A stretch of DNA of 64,000 nt from assembly GCA_029267445.1 (NCBI GenBank), contig JAJUIU010000007.1, positions 13,150 to 77,149 on the forward strand, given 5' to 3'. Under the pieces are notes generated by a model that made no database searches, was not told the origin of the DNA, and saw only the letters and a list, made by a program, of their open reading frames with translations. The stretch is from Rhodospirillaceae bacterium (GTDB lineage Bacteria; Pseudomonadota; Alphaproteobacteria; Azospirillales; Azospirillaceae). Both the position numbers and the translations under genes were made by a program. Of the stretch, positions 48,156 to 57,290 are shown one piece after another (within the stretch, counting starts at the first letter, position 1; each line of letters begins with the position of its first letter).

Positions 48156-48578
48156 TCAGCGCGGGTCCTTGATGGCGGCGGCGAGCGCCATGTCCAGTGT
48201 GGCGCGGTCGGCCGCGTCCAGGCGATAAAATGCGGCGCCGAGCCTGTCGGCCTGACGCCAGGCGACCACCGCCTCACCGCGCAGCTCCAGGGGCGGGGCC
48301 TGCACGGTCAGGCGGAAGGCGAAACGATCCTGCGGGTTGAGCATCCCCCGATAGCCGGCGAGGCGGAAGCCGCCCGGCCCGACATCCAGAACATGCACGG
48401 TCTTGCCGTCGACATCGGCGTGCCCGGTCACGGGCAGACGCTCCACCCGCCGCCGCTCGGGGCGGAACAGGCGCGCCAGCCAGGACGGGCGGGTCTGCCG
48501 CGCCGGCGCGCGCAGGACACCGTGCGGCGGCACCGCACCCGAACCCTCCAGCACACTGCCATCCGTCGCGCGCGACAT
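48156..48578 (-). CDS. PilZ domain protein
   Basis: Internal ATG 48578, 140 aa. It has the RxxxR motif (ERRRVER) and a DxSxxG-like motif (DVGPGGF). Confidence 0.65.
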   Translation of the reverse strand: MSRATDGSVLEGSGAVPPHGVLRAPARQTRPSWLARLFRPERRRVERLPVTGHADVDGKTVHVLDVGPGGFRLAGYRGMLNPQDRFAFRLTVQAPPLELRGEAVVAWRQADRLGAAFYRLDAADRATLDMALAAAIKDPR

Positions 48579-48801
48579 GGGCCGATCTCCCCGCGGTGGT
48601 CCGGCTGGCACGGGCCGGCACTCCGACGCACTTACCCCGATTGTGCCACACCGATGTATCCGGCTGAATACGACCTTATGTCGTGCGCCTTTCGGGTAGG
48701 TCGAGGCCGGACGGGGTGTCGCAGGCGGACCGCAGCCAATCGGCGCGGGCCCCATCGGCGCAAACGTTGACCCCCGCACGGCCCTGGTCCACCTTCCGGC
48801 C

Positions 48802-49803
48802 ATGGACAGCACCCCGCCCGCCCACGGGAATCCAGCACCGGACAGCCTGGCCGCCGCCATCCGCGCCGGCGACAGGCGGGCCCTGGCGCGTGGCATCACG
48901 CTGGTGGAAAGCACCCGCCCCGACCACCGGGCGGAGGCGGAGGGGCTGCTGGCGTCCCTGCTGCCGCACACGGGCGGGGCCGTGCGCCTGGGCATCTCCG
49001 GCGTGCCGGGCGTGGGTAAGTCCACCTTCATCGAGGCGTTCGGCCTGCACGTCATCGGCCAGGGCGGCAAGGTGGCCGTGCTGGCCGTGGACCCGTCCAG
49101 CCAGCGCACCGGCGGCAGCATCCTGGGCGACAAGACCCGGATGGAGGAGCTGTCGCGCCACGGGCGCGCCTTCATCCGCCCCTCGCCCGCCGGGACGACG
49201 CTGGGCGGTGTCGCCCGCCGCACGCGGGAGGCGATGCTTCTGCTGGAGGCCGCCGGCTTCGACCTGGTGATCGTCGAGACGGTGGGGGTGGGCCAGTCGG
49301 AAACGGCCGTGGCCGACATGGTGGACCTGTTCCTGCTGCTGTTGCCCCCCGCCGGCGGGGACGAGCTGCAGGGCATCAAGAAGGGCATCGTGGAGCTGGC
49401 GGACCTGATCGTCGTCAACAAGGCGGACGGCGATCTGGTGGCCGCCGCCCGGCACGCGGTGGCGGAGTATCGGCACGCGCTGCACATGCTGCGCCCGGCC
49501 AGCCCGCACTGGCGGGTGCCGGTGCTCTCATGCTCCGCCATCACCGGCACGGGCGTGCCGGAGGTGTGGGAGATGGTGGGACGCTACCGCGCGGCGCTGG
49601 GCCCCACGGGCGACATCGACCGCCGCAGGGCGGAGCAGGCGCGCGCCTGGATGTGGAGCGAGATCCGGGAGAACCTGATCGCCGCCTTCACCGCCGACCC
49701 GTCCGTCAAGGCGCTGCTGGCTGAGACGGAGGCGGATGTCGCCGCCGGTCGCCTCACCCCCGGCATGGCCGCGCAACGCCTGCTGACACGCTTTCGCGGC
49801 TGA
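48802..49803 (+). CDS. meaB: methylmalonyl-CoA mutase-associated G-protein chaperone MeaB/ArgK
   Basis: 333 aa with P-loop GVPGVGKST, plus [15 protein letters not shown] and [10 protein letters not shown]. Confidence 0.9.
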   Translation: MDSTPPAHGNPAPDSLAAAIRAGDRRALARGITLVESTRPDHRAEAEGLLASLLPHTGGAVRLGISGVPGVGKSTFIEAFGLHVIGQGGKVAVLAVDPSSQRTGGSILGDKTRMEELSRHGRAFIRPSPAGTTLGGVARRTREAMLLLEAAGFDLVIVETVGVGQSETAVADMVDLFLLLLPPAGGDELQGIKKGIVELADLIVVNKADGDLVAAARHAVAEYRHALHMLRPASPHWRVPVLSCSAITGTGVPEVWEMVGRYRAALGPTGDIDRRRAEQARAWMWSEIRENLIAAFTADPSVKALLAETEADVAAGRLTPGMAAQRLLTRFRG

Positions 49804-49809
49804 ACGGCC

Positions 49810-50667
49810 TCAAAGCGGTTCGAAATCGAGGCCGACGTCGAAGTTCTTCACGCTGTGGGTCAGCCAGCCCAGCGAGATCAGGGTCACGCCCGTCTCCGCC
49901 ACGGCGCGCACCGTCTCCGGCGTCACCCCGCCCGATGCCTCCGTGATCATCCGCCCGCCGACCATCCGCACCGCCTCGCGCAGGGTGGGCGGGTCCATGT
50001 TGTCCAGCAGCACGGCGTCCACCGGCAGGGCCAGCAGTTCGGAAAGCTGGTCGAGCGTGTCCACCTCCACCTCGATCTTCAGCATGTGGCCGACGCTGGC
50101 CTTCGCGCGGGTCACGGCCGCCGTCAGCCCGCCCGCCGCGACGATGTGGTTGTCCTTGATCAGCACCGCGTCATCCAGGCCGAAGCGGTGGTTCGCCCCG
50201 CCGCCGACGCGCACCGCGTACTTCTCCAGCGCCCGCAGGCCGGGCGTGGTCTTGCGGGTGCAGACGATGTGCGCACCGGTGCCGGCGATGGCGTCCACCA
50301 GCAGACGCGTCTGGCTGGCGATGCCGCAGAGCCGGCCCAGCAGGTTCAGCGCCGTCCGCTCCCCGCTCAGGATCGGGCGGGCAGCACCGGTGACGGTGGC
50401 GATGGTATCGCCCTTGCCCACCCGCGTCCCGTCCGGCCGCACGACGCTGATCTCCAGCGTCGGGTCCAGGTGGCGGAAAGCGCTGAGGGCCGCGTCCAGG
50501 CCCGCGACCACGCCGGTGCCGCGTGCCGCGAACACTGCCCGCGCCCTCGCCTCCGTCGGCACGCAGGCATCCGCCGTGACGTCGCCGGCGCGGCCCAGAT
50601 CCTCCAACAGGGCCGCGCGGACCACACCCTCGTACATCAGCGGGTAGAGCGGGGGGATGTCGGTCAT
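49810..50667 (-). CDS. nadC: nicotinate-nucleotide diphosphorylase (carboxylating)
   Basis: 285 aa. Contains [24 protein letters not shown] and LLDNM. Confidence 0.9.
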   Translation of the reverse strand: MTDIPPLYPLMYEGVVRAALLEDLGRAGDVTADACVPTEARARAVFAARGTGVVAGLDAALSAFRHLDPTLEISVVRPDGTRVGKGDTIATVTGAARPILSGERTALNLLGRLCGIASQTRLLVDAIAGTGAHIVCTRKTTPGLRALEKYAVRVGGGANHRFGLDDAVLIKDNHIVAAGGLTAAVTRAKASVGHMLKIEVEVDTLDQLSELLALPVDAVLLDNMDPPTLREAVRMVGGRMITEASGGVTPETVRAVAETGVTLISLGWLTHSVKNFDVGLDFEPL

Positions 50668-50700
50668 GTGCGTCCTATGCGTCTGCGGTCACTCTCTTCG

Positions 50701-50784
50701 CCGTCATTCCCGCGAAAGCGGGAACCCATCGTCGGGATGGGCGCCGGTTCAATCCATGGGTTCCCGCTTTCGCGGGAATGACGG
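50701..50784. repeat. 84-bp palindromic element (family B) in the nadB-nadC spacer
   Basis: Arms ccgtcattcccgcgaaagcgggaacccat and atgggttcccgctttcgcgggaatgacgg are separated by 26 nt. Each arm has a ttcccgc-GAAA-gcgggaa sub-hairpin. Confidence 0.8.
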
Positions 50785-50807
50785 TTTTGATGGATGGGCG
50801 GTGGCGA

Positions 50808-52472
50808 TCAATCCGCACCGGCGAAGCTGAGTTCGGGCTGCAGGGTTTCGATCAGGTCGGCGAGGGTGATGGTCTGGTGACAGCGCCAGCCCGCTCGCGC
50901 CTCCGGCCAGTCGGTGCGGCAGTGGGCGCCCCGGCTTTCGGTGCGGGTGAGTGCGGCCTGCACCAGCAGGCGGGAGACGAGCAGCCGGTTCCGCAGCTCC
51001 CCGCCGGCGCGCACGGCCTCCGCATCGTCCAGCGGCCGGGCCGGCAGGCGCCGGGCGTCCCGGTCGAGGGCCGCCAGATCCTCCACCGCCGCCGACAGGC
51101 CGGCCCCATCCCGCACCAGCCCGGCGCGGGCGGAGAGGACTCCGCGCGCGCGGTCGGACAGGGTCTCCACCGCCTCCAGGTCCACCGGCACGGCGGGTGC
51201 GGGCGGCAGCGGCAAAGGCTGCGGGCGGGGGGCCGGTTCGGCCAGGATGGCGGCCGCCGCGCGCTCCGCGAAGACCAGCGCCTCCAGCAGGCTGTTGCTG
51301 GCGAGGCGGTTCGCCCCGTGCACGCCGGTGCTGGCGACCTCCCCCACGGCGTGAAGGCCGGGCAGGGTGGTGCGCCCGTCGGCGTCCGTCTCCACCCCGC
51401 CCATGTGGTAGTGGGCGGCGGGGGCGACGGGGATCGGTTCGGCCGCCGGGTCCAGGCCCGCGTCGCGGCAGATGCCGGCCACGGTCGGAAACTTCGCGGC
51501 ACCGCCCGCCGCCCAGATGGCGCGCAGGTCCAGGAAGACGCGGCCGCCGCCCGCGATGCGCCGGCCGATGGCGCGGGCCACCACGTCGCGCGGGGCGAGT
51601 TCGGCGTCAGGGTGCTCCGCCACCATGAAGCGGCGTCCGTCCGCGTCCAGCAGATGCGCCCCCGCACCCCGCAGCGCCTCCGTCAGCAGGGGGGTGCGCC
51701 CCTGGCCCTGTACGGCCAGGGCGGTTGGGTGGAACTGCACGAACTCCAGGTCGCGCAGGCGCGCACCAGCCAGGGCGGCCAGGGCCAGACCGTCGCCGGT
51801 GCTTTCGGCCGGGTTGGTGGTGTGGCGCCAGAGCTGGCCGATGCCGCCGGTGGCGAGCACCACGGCCCCCGCCCGCACCAGGACCCAGCCGCGCCCGGCC
51901 CGGTGCGTCAGGACGCCGGCGACCCGGCCCCGCGCAACGACCAGCTCCCAGGCGAAGGTATTCGTGCGGACCTCCACATGCGGGGCCGCGCGCAGAAGGG
52001 TTGCCAGATGGGTCACCAGGGTGCGGCCGGTGGCATCCCCGCCCGCATGCACGATGCGGTGGGCGGAATGGGCGGCCTCCCGCCCCAGGGCCACGCGGCC
52101 CACGGCGTCCCGGTCGGCCGGCAGCCCGTCCGCCAGCCAGCGGGACAGGCTCACCACCCCCTCCCGCGCCAGCAGGTCCGCCATGGCGGGATCGGTCAGG
52201 CCCGCACCGGCGGCCACCGTATCGGCGGCATGGGCCTCCGGGCTGTCGGCCGGGTCGAGGGCCGCCGCGACACCGCCCTGGGCCCAGACGCTGGACCCGC
52301 CGGGCAGGTCCGCCGTCTTGGTCAGCAGCATCACCCGTCGCGGCGCCAGCTTCAGCGCCGCCACCAGCCCGGCGATACCTGAGCCCACCACCACCACGTC
52401 GGCGGTGTCGAGCTGGACGGTCGGTTGCCTGCAATCGGGGCCATGCATGGCCGCGTTCTCCATCACCGGCAT
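50808..52472 (-). CDS. nadB: L-aspartate oxidase
   Basis: FAD motif DVVVVGSGIAGL, plus AQGG.AA and RSHT-like regions. The start is ambiguous (ATG 52472, 52463 or 52448). The ORF-track start at 52508 lies inside a repeat. Confidence 0.9.
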   Translation of the reverse strand: MPVMENAAMHGPDCRQPTVQLDTADVVVVGSGIAGLVAALKLAPRRVMLLTKTADLPGGSSVWAQGGVAAALDPADSPEAHAADTVAAGAGLTDPAMADLLAREGVVSLSRWLADGLPADRDAVGRVALGREAAHSAHRIVHAGGDATGRTLVTHLATLLRAAPHVEVRTNTFAWELVVARGRVAGVLTHRAGRGWVLVRAGAVVLATGGIGQLWRHTTNPAESTGDGLALAALAGARLRDLEFVQFHPTALAVQGQGRTPLLTEALRGAGAHLLDADGRRFMVAEHPDAELAPRDVVARAIGRRIAGGGRVFLDLRAIWAAGGAAKFPTVAGICRDAGLDPAAEPIPVAPAAHYHMGGVETDADGRTTLPGLHAVGEVASTGVHGANRLASNSLLEALVFAERAAAAILAEPAPRPQPLPLPPAPAVPVDLEAVETLSDRARGVLSARAGLVRDGAGLSAAVEDLAALDRDARRLPARPLDDAEAVRAGGELRNRLLVSRLLVQAALTRTESRGAHCRTDWPEARAGWRCHQTITLADLIETLQPELSFAGAD

Positions 52473-52479
52473 TTCATCG

Positions 52480-52563
52480 GCGTCATTCCCGCGAAAGCGG
52501 GAACCCATCGGACGGGCCGGTGCCAGTGTCGACCATGGGTTCCCGCTTCCGCGGGAATGACGG
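52480..52563. repeat. 84-bp palindromic element (family B) in the nadA-nadB spacer
   Basis: Arms gcgtcattcccgcgaaagcgggaacccat and catgggttcccgcttccgcgggaatgacgg are separated by about 25 nt. The arms are nearly identical to those at 50701-50784. Confidence 0.8.
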
Positions 52564-52584
52564 AAAAGGATCGCGGGAGTGGCC

Positions 52585-53634
52585 CTACCGGCTCAGTTCC
52601 AGCATCCGTTCCACGGCGCGGCGGGCGCGGGCGGCGATGTCGGGGGCGACCTCGACGCGCGGTTCCAGGGTGCGCAGGCTTTCCAGGATGTTGGACAGGC
52701 TGATCCGCTTCATGTGCGGGCACAGGTTGCAGGGGCGCACGAACTCCACCGCCGGGTTCGCGGCGACGAGGTTGTCCGCCATGGAGCATTCGGTGATCAG
52801 CAGCACCCGCTTGGGCTGCCGGCCCTCCACGAAGTCCTGCATCTTGGCAGTGGAGCCGACGAAGTCCGCCTCCGCCAGCACGTCGGGCGGGCATTCCGGG
52901 TGGGCGATGATGCTGATGTCGCCCCGGAACTGGTCGCGGTAGGCCTTGAGCTGCGCGCCGGTGAAGCGCTCGTGCACCTCGCAATGACCCTTCCAGGTCA
53001 GCACCCGCTTGGTGGTCTGGGTGGCGACCCACTTGGCCAGATACTCGTCCGGGATGCACAGCACGCTGTCGCCCGGCAGGGCGTTGATGACCTCCACCGC
53101 GTTGCCCGACGTGATGCACACGTCGCTCTCCGCCTTCACGGCGGCCGAGGTGTTGACGTACGTCGCCACCGGCACCCCCGGATGCGCCTGCTTCAAGAGG
53201 CGCACGTCGGCGGCCGTGATGCTTTCGGCGAGCGAGCAGCCGGCGCCGGCATCGGGGATCAGCACGGTCTTGGACGGGTTCAGGATCTTCGCCGTCTCCG
53301 CCATGAAATGCACGCCGGCCAGCACGATCACGTCGGCGTCCACGTCCATGGCGCGGCGGGCCAGCGCCAAGCTGTCGCCCACGATGTCGGCCACGCCGTG
53401 GAAGATCTCCGGCGTCTGGTAGTTGTGCGCCAGGATGACGGCGTTGCGCTCCCGCTTCAGCCGGTTGATCGCGTGGATCAGCGGCGCGTGGAACGGCCAT
53501 TCGATCTCCGGGATAACATGGCGCACCTTGGCGTAGATGTGCCGCGTCGCCTCCGCCACGGCGGGGGTGTAGGCGAGATCGTTGGCGGCATCGGCGCCGA
53601 GGGCCTTCGGCTCGGCAAGGTGGATGTCGGGCAT
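52585..53634 (-). CDS. nadA: quinolinate synthase
   Basis: ATG 53634 (MPDIHLAEP). Contains [17 protein letters not shown] and CSMA. Confidence 0.9.
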   Translation of the reverse strand: MPDIHLAEPKALGADAANDLAYTPAVAEATRHIYAKVRHVIPEIEWPFHAPLIHAINRLKRERNAVILAHNYQTPEIFHGVADIVGDSLALARRAMDVDADVIVLAGVHFMAETAKILNPSKTVLIPDAGAGCSLAESITAADVRLLKQAHPGVPVATYVNTSAAVKAESDVCITSGNAVEVINALPGDSVLCIPDEYLAKWVATQTTKRVLTWKGHCEVHERFTGAQLKAYRDQFRGDISIIAHPECPPDVLAEADFVGSTAKMQDFVEGRQPKRVLLITECSMADNLVAANPAVEFVRPCNLCPHMKRISLSNILESLRTLEPRVEVAPDIAARARRAVERMLELSR

Positions 53635-53685
53635 CGGTCGGTCCTCCTGCGCCAGGGGGCCGCCCACGACGGGACACTGGACCCC

Positions 53686-53733
53686 TTATGCTCGATTTGA
53701 GCATTAGATGGGTTATGCTCGCGCAGAGTATAA
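53686..53733. promoter_or_regulatory. two tandem 21-bp palindromic operator candidates upstream of nadA
   Basis: TTATGCTCGatTTGAGCATTA (53686-53706) and TTATGCTCGcgcAGAGTATAA (53713-53733) are spaced 27 bp centre to centre and lie 52-99 nt upstream of the nadA ATG. Confidence 0.5.
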
Positions 53734-53883
53734 GGGGGAGTCAAGCGGAACATCCGGCGACCGCCATATCGGTGTCACACGAAGGGTGCGCGCGGGGCGC
53801 ATGGCGGAGGGCCCATCCGGCGCGCCGCATGGATTCGGGTGCCGAATTCTGCGACACTTGACCCATCCACGGAGCCCAGGGCC

Positions 53884-54324
53884 ATGAACAAGATCGCCCG
53901 CCCCCTGTACGATGCCGATCCGCACGCCTGGTACGAGGAGCAGGCGTCGCTCTTGCGCGACGGGCGGCTGGACGATCTGGACGCCGCCCACCTGATCGAG
54001 GAGCTGGAGGATTTGGGGCGCAGCGAACGCGACCGGCTGTTCAGCAGCCTGCGGCTGATCCTGACCCACCTGCTGAAATGGCGGCACCAGCCGGAGCGCC
54101 GCAGCCGGAGCTGGACCGTCACCATCGAGCGGGAGCGCATCAATGTGGATGTCTGGCTGTCCCGCAGCCCGAGCCTGAAGCCCAAGCTGCCCGCGGAATT
54201 CGCCCAGGCATACCGCGCCGCCCGCCGCGACGCCGCCGTGGAGACGGGCCTGCCGCAGGCGGAATTTCCCAACGAATGCCCGTTCAGCCCGGAACAGGCG
54301 CTGGAGCCCGGCTGGCTGCCCTGA
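53884..54324 (+). CDS. DUF29 domain protein
   Basis: ATG 53884, 146 aa. YDADPHAWYEEQASLLRDGRLDDLDAAHLIEELEDLGRSERD...LL.HLLKW is the characteristic DUF29 opening. Confidence 0.75.
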   Translation: MNKIARPLYDADPHAWYEEQASLLRDGRLDDLDAAHLIEELEDLGRSERDRLFSSLRLILTHLLKWRHQPERRSRSWTVTIERERINVDVWLSRSPSLKPKLPAEFAQAYRAARRDAAVETGLPQAEFPNECPFSPEQALEPGWLP

Positions 54325-54331
54325 CCGCCCC

Positions 54332-55522
54332 TCAATCCAGCGCCAGCACCATCGCCTTCAGGTACTGCGTCTCCGGCAGCAGGGGGTGCACCGGGTGGTC
54401 GGGGCCGGCCCCGGCGAAGCGCAGGATGCGGCCCTGGCGGCCGGCCTGGCCCAGGCCCCGGCTGACCTCCTCGTGGAACAGCGCCGGCTCCATGTTGTGG
54501 GAGCAGCTCGCCACCAGCAGCATGCCTTCCGGCGCCACCAGCTTCGCCGCCAGCGTCGTCATCTTGCGGTAGGCGCGGCTTCCCACGGCGAGGTCCTTGC
54601 GGGACTTCACGAAGGCCGGCGGGTCGCAGATCACCACCTCCCACCGCCTGCCCTCCGCCACATACTGTTCCAGCAACTGGAAGGCGTCGCCCTTCACCGC
54701 CTCGGTCCGGTCGGCGACACCATTGGCCTGGGCGGCCTTCATGGCGATGTCCAACGACAGGGCGGAGCGGTCCACCAGCGTCACGTGGCTGGCCCCGCGC
54801 GCGGCGGCCAGCACGCCGAATCCGCCGCTGTAGGTGTAGAAGTCGATGGTGCGCTTGCCCCTGGCGAGGTTGGCGATGAAGGCGCGGTTGTCGCGCTGGT
54901 CGAAGAACCAGCCGGTCTTCTGCCCCGCCGCCAGATCGGCGAAGAAGGTGGCGCCGTTCTCCTCCACCGCGATGGGTCCGGCGACCTCGCCCTTGGCGAC
55001 ACGCACCTCCTCGGCCAGCCCCTCGTACCCGCGCGCCGCACTGTCGTTGCGCAGAACGATGGCGCGGGGGGCCAGCACCGTGTCCAGGGCGGCCAGGATC
55101 AGGTCCAGCCGCGCGTCCATCGCGACCGTGTTCGCCTGCACCACCACCACGTCGCCGTAGCGGTCCACGATCAGGGCGGGCAGCCCGTCGCTCTCCGCAT
55201 GGACCAGCCGGTAGTAGGGCCGGTCGAACAGCCGCTCCCGGATCTCCAGCGCCCGGCGCAGGCGGCGCTCGAAGAAGGACTGGTCGATCGCCTCGCCCGG
55301 GTCCCGGGTCAGGAAGCGGCAGGCGATCAGGGTGTGGGGGTTGAAGGTGGTTAGGCCCAGCACCTGCCCCCCCGCTTCGATCACCCGGACGATGGAGCCG
55401 GCGGGAATGGCCTTGGCCTGCTGGTCCATCTGGATCTCGTTGGAATAGACCCAGGGATGGCCGTGCAGTGCCCGCTTGTGGCGGCCGGCGAGGATGTGGA
55501 CGGCGGGGAGTTTCGTGGTCAT
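54332..55522 (-). CDS. rlmI: class I SAM-dependent rRNA methyltransferase (RlmI-like, PUA plus MTase)
   Basis: Internal ATG 55522, 396 aa. Contains HPWVYSNEI, GLP.LIVDRYGD, KTG.F.DQR.NR and DPPAF. Confidence 0.75.
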   Translation of the reverse strand: MTTKLPAVHILAGRHKRALHGHPWVYSNEIQMDQQAKAIPAGSIVRVIEAGGQVLGLTTFNPHTLIACRFLTRDPGEAIDQSFFERRLRRALEIRERLFDRPYYRLVHAESDGLPALIVDRYGDVVVVQANTVAMDARLDLILAALDTVLAPRAIVLRNDSAARGYEGLAEEVRVAKGEVAGPIAVEENGATFFADLAAGQKTGWFFDQRDNRAFIANLARGKRTIDFYTYSGGFGVLAAARGASHVTLVDRSALSLDIAMKAAQANGVADRTEAVKGDAFQLLEQYVAEGRRWEVVICDPPAFVKSRKDLAVGSRAYRKMTTLAAKLVAPEGMLLVASCSHNMEPALFHEEVSRGLGQAGRQGRILRFAGAGPDHPVHPLLPETQYLKAMVLALD

Positions 55523-55580
55523 GGCGCGCGACAATAGCGCCGCGCCCACCCGACGCAAGGCCCGGCGGCGCAAGCGCGCC

Positions 55581-56111
55581 CTACTCGGCGGCGACCTGCA
55601 CCAGGTCCTTGCAGAGGCGCACCCCCTCCTCCGCGTGGCCAAGGTCGGCGAAACGGGCCACAAGGTCTTCCGACGGCTTGCGCGGCAGGGAGACGTGCAC
55701 CGCCTCGCACTGCAGGACCTTCGCCAGCCGGTCCATCTCCCGCATCAGAGCCTCCGCGCAGGCGGCGGGGTCGAACAGGTCGAGCGCCACGAACAGGTCC
55801 ACCTGCAGCACCCGGCCATGGCAGAGGCTGGGCACGACGTGATAGGCGAACACACCGTGGATGTAGTGGCGGCCCAGCTGGGCGGCGACGATCCCGCGCG
55901 GCTTCGGCACCGGCAGTTCCACCACGTTCGCTGCGACATTCGCGGCCCCGGCCGGTTTGCGGCGGCGCGCCCCCTCGTCGGGGCCGACCAGCTCCTCCGC
56001 GAAGCTGCGCCAGCGTTCCAGGCCGAGTTTCGGGAACGCGGTCCGCACCACCGGAAACGCCTGGTCGATCCGCTGCCGCTTCAGCGGAATGGCTTCGTAC
56101 TGATCGTGCAT
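55581..56111 (-). CDS. hypothetical protein (possibly GNAT-like fold)
   Basis: Internal ATG 56111 (MHDQYEAIPLKRQRIDQAF), 176 aa. I recognise no firm motif. Confidence 0.45.
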   Translation of the reverse strand: MHDQYEAIPLKRQRIDQAFPVVRTAFPKLGLERWRSFAEELVGPDEGARRRKPAGAANVAANVVELPVPKPRGIVAAQLGRHYIHGVFAYHVVPSLCHGRVLQVDLFVALDLFDPAACAEALMREMDRLAKVLQCEAVHVSLPRKPSEDLVARFADLGHAEEGVRLCKDLVQVAAE

Positions 56112-56168
56112 CGGAGTTCCACGGGGCAAGGCACGCCGCGATCTTGGACCGCGAGGCGGATCAACGCG

Positions 56169-56182
56169 TTGACATGGATCAA
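56169..56182. promoter_or_regulatory. FNR/FixK box (anaerobox)
   Basis: TTGACatggATCAA compared with the consensus TTGAT-N4-ATCAA. Its centre is 64 nt upstream of ATG 56111 and about 298 nt upstream of the Fnr-type gene. Confidence 0.6.
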
Positions 56183-56473
56183 GAGGGGTGCCGACGAAGG
56201 GTCCCGAACTGGCGCCGTCGGCCGCGACCCGCCGCCGCCGCGACAAATGGCGCGATAGTCCTTATGCGTTGCATGGTTATTTCTTCCGCCCTAATATCAG
56301 GCCTCGATGAACCGTTGCCCGGATGCACCGGTGGGCTTGTCCGCCTGGCGGACGATATCGGTTGCGGGGGCGCGGTTTTGGGCGCATGATTTGGTGACTG
56401 ACTGAATTGACGCCTGCCGGTGTCGGGATGGCCGGACACCGGGTTTCCGGCAAGCGGGGGGAAGGAGCGGCCG

Positions 56474-57211
56474 ATGCCTCCATTCGACATGGGGCGGGTC
56501 CGCGAGGCAGGGGCCCAGACAGAGGTCAATCCGTGCGGCGCCTGTCCGGTCCGCTCGCTCACCGTCTGCGCCGCCCTCGAGGCGGAGGAGCTGCGGCGCC
56601 TTGCCGAAATCCTGCAGACCGTCCGCTACGAATCGGGCCACACGATCTTCGCCGAGGGCGATCCGGCCGACACGCTCTACAACGTCACGGTCGGCACCGT
56701 GAAGCTCTACAAGCTGCTGCCCGACGGACGGCGCCAGATCACCGGTTTCCTGCTGCCGGGCGATTTCCTCGGCCTGTCGGTGAACGAGAACTACGCCTAC
56801 AGCGCCGAGACGGTCACCCCGTCCACGGTCTGCCGCTTCCCGCGCCGCCGGATGGAGGCGCTGCTGGACGAGTTCCCGAAGATGCAGCGGCGCCTGTTCT
56901 CCATGGCGTCGAACGAGCTGGCGGCGGCGCAGGACCAGATGCTGCTGCTGGGCCGCAAGACGGCGAAGGAGAAGATCTGCTCCTTCCTGCTCATGCTGTC
57001 CCAGCGCGCCCAGCGGCGCGGCCACAAGGAGAACCCGGTCCATGTGCCGATGAGCCGGGCCGACATCGCCGACTATCTGGGCCTCACCACGGAAACCGTC
57101 AGCCGCACCTTCACCCAGCTGAAGACCAGCCGGGTGATCAGCCTGCTGGAAGGCAACAAGGTGCAGATCCACGACATGGACGACCTGTTCGACCTGGCCG
57201 AAGGCGCCTGA
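56474..57211 (+). CDS. Crp/Fnr family regulator, Fnr type (N-terminal Cys cluster)
   Basis: ATG 56474 follows GAAGGAG. It has a Cys motif CGACPVRSLTVC, a cNMP-like beta-barrel, and an HTH RADIADYLGLTTETVSRTFTQL with the FNR-type E--SR recognition helix. Confidence 0.85.
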   Translation: MPPFDMGRVREAGAQTEVNPCGACPVRSLTVCAALEAEELRRLAEILQTVRYESGHTIFAEGDPADTLYNVTVGTVKLYKLLPDGRRQITGFLLPGDFLGLSVNENYAYSAETVTPSTVCRFPRRRMEALLDEFPKMQRRLFSMASNELAAAQDQMLLLGRKTAKEKICSFLLMLSQRAQRRGHKENPVHVPMSRADIADYLGLTTETVSRTFTQLKTSRVISLLEGNKVQIHDMDDLFDLAEGA

Positions 57212-57240
57212 CGGGACGATCAAGGCGGGAGAACGCGAAA

Positions 57241-57262
57241 GGGCCGCCCGGCGGGGCGGCCC
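57241..57262. terminator. bidirectional hairpin between the convergent fnr-type and chrR genes
   Basis: Perfect 9-bp stem gggccgccc / gggcggccc with a 4-nt loop. Confidence 0.5.
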
Positions 57263-57290
57263 TTCGGCGTTCCGGGGAACGCGTCCCGGT

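Noticed and set aside
48579-48801. A cobalamin riboswitch upstream of meaB
   Set aside because: The spacer is long and structured-looking, but I could not find the B12 box or the conserved GCCACTG-type core. Only an Infernal scan could settle this.
48156-49550. A 464-aa minus-strand ORF
   Set aside because: Its upstream two thirds are antisense to meaB. Only the last 140 codons (the PilZ protein) were kept.
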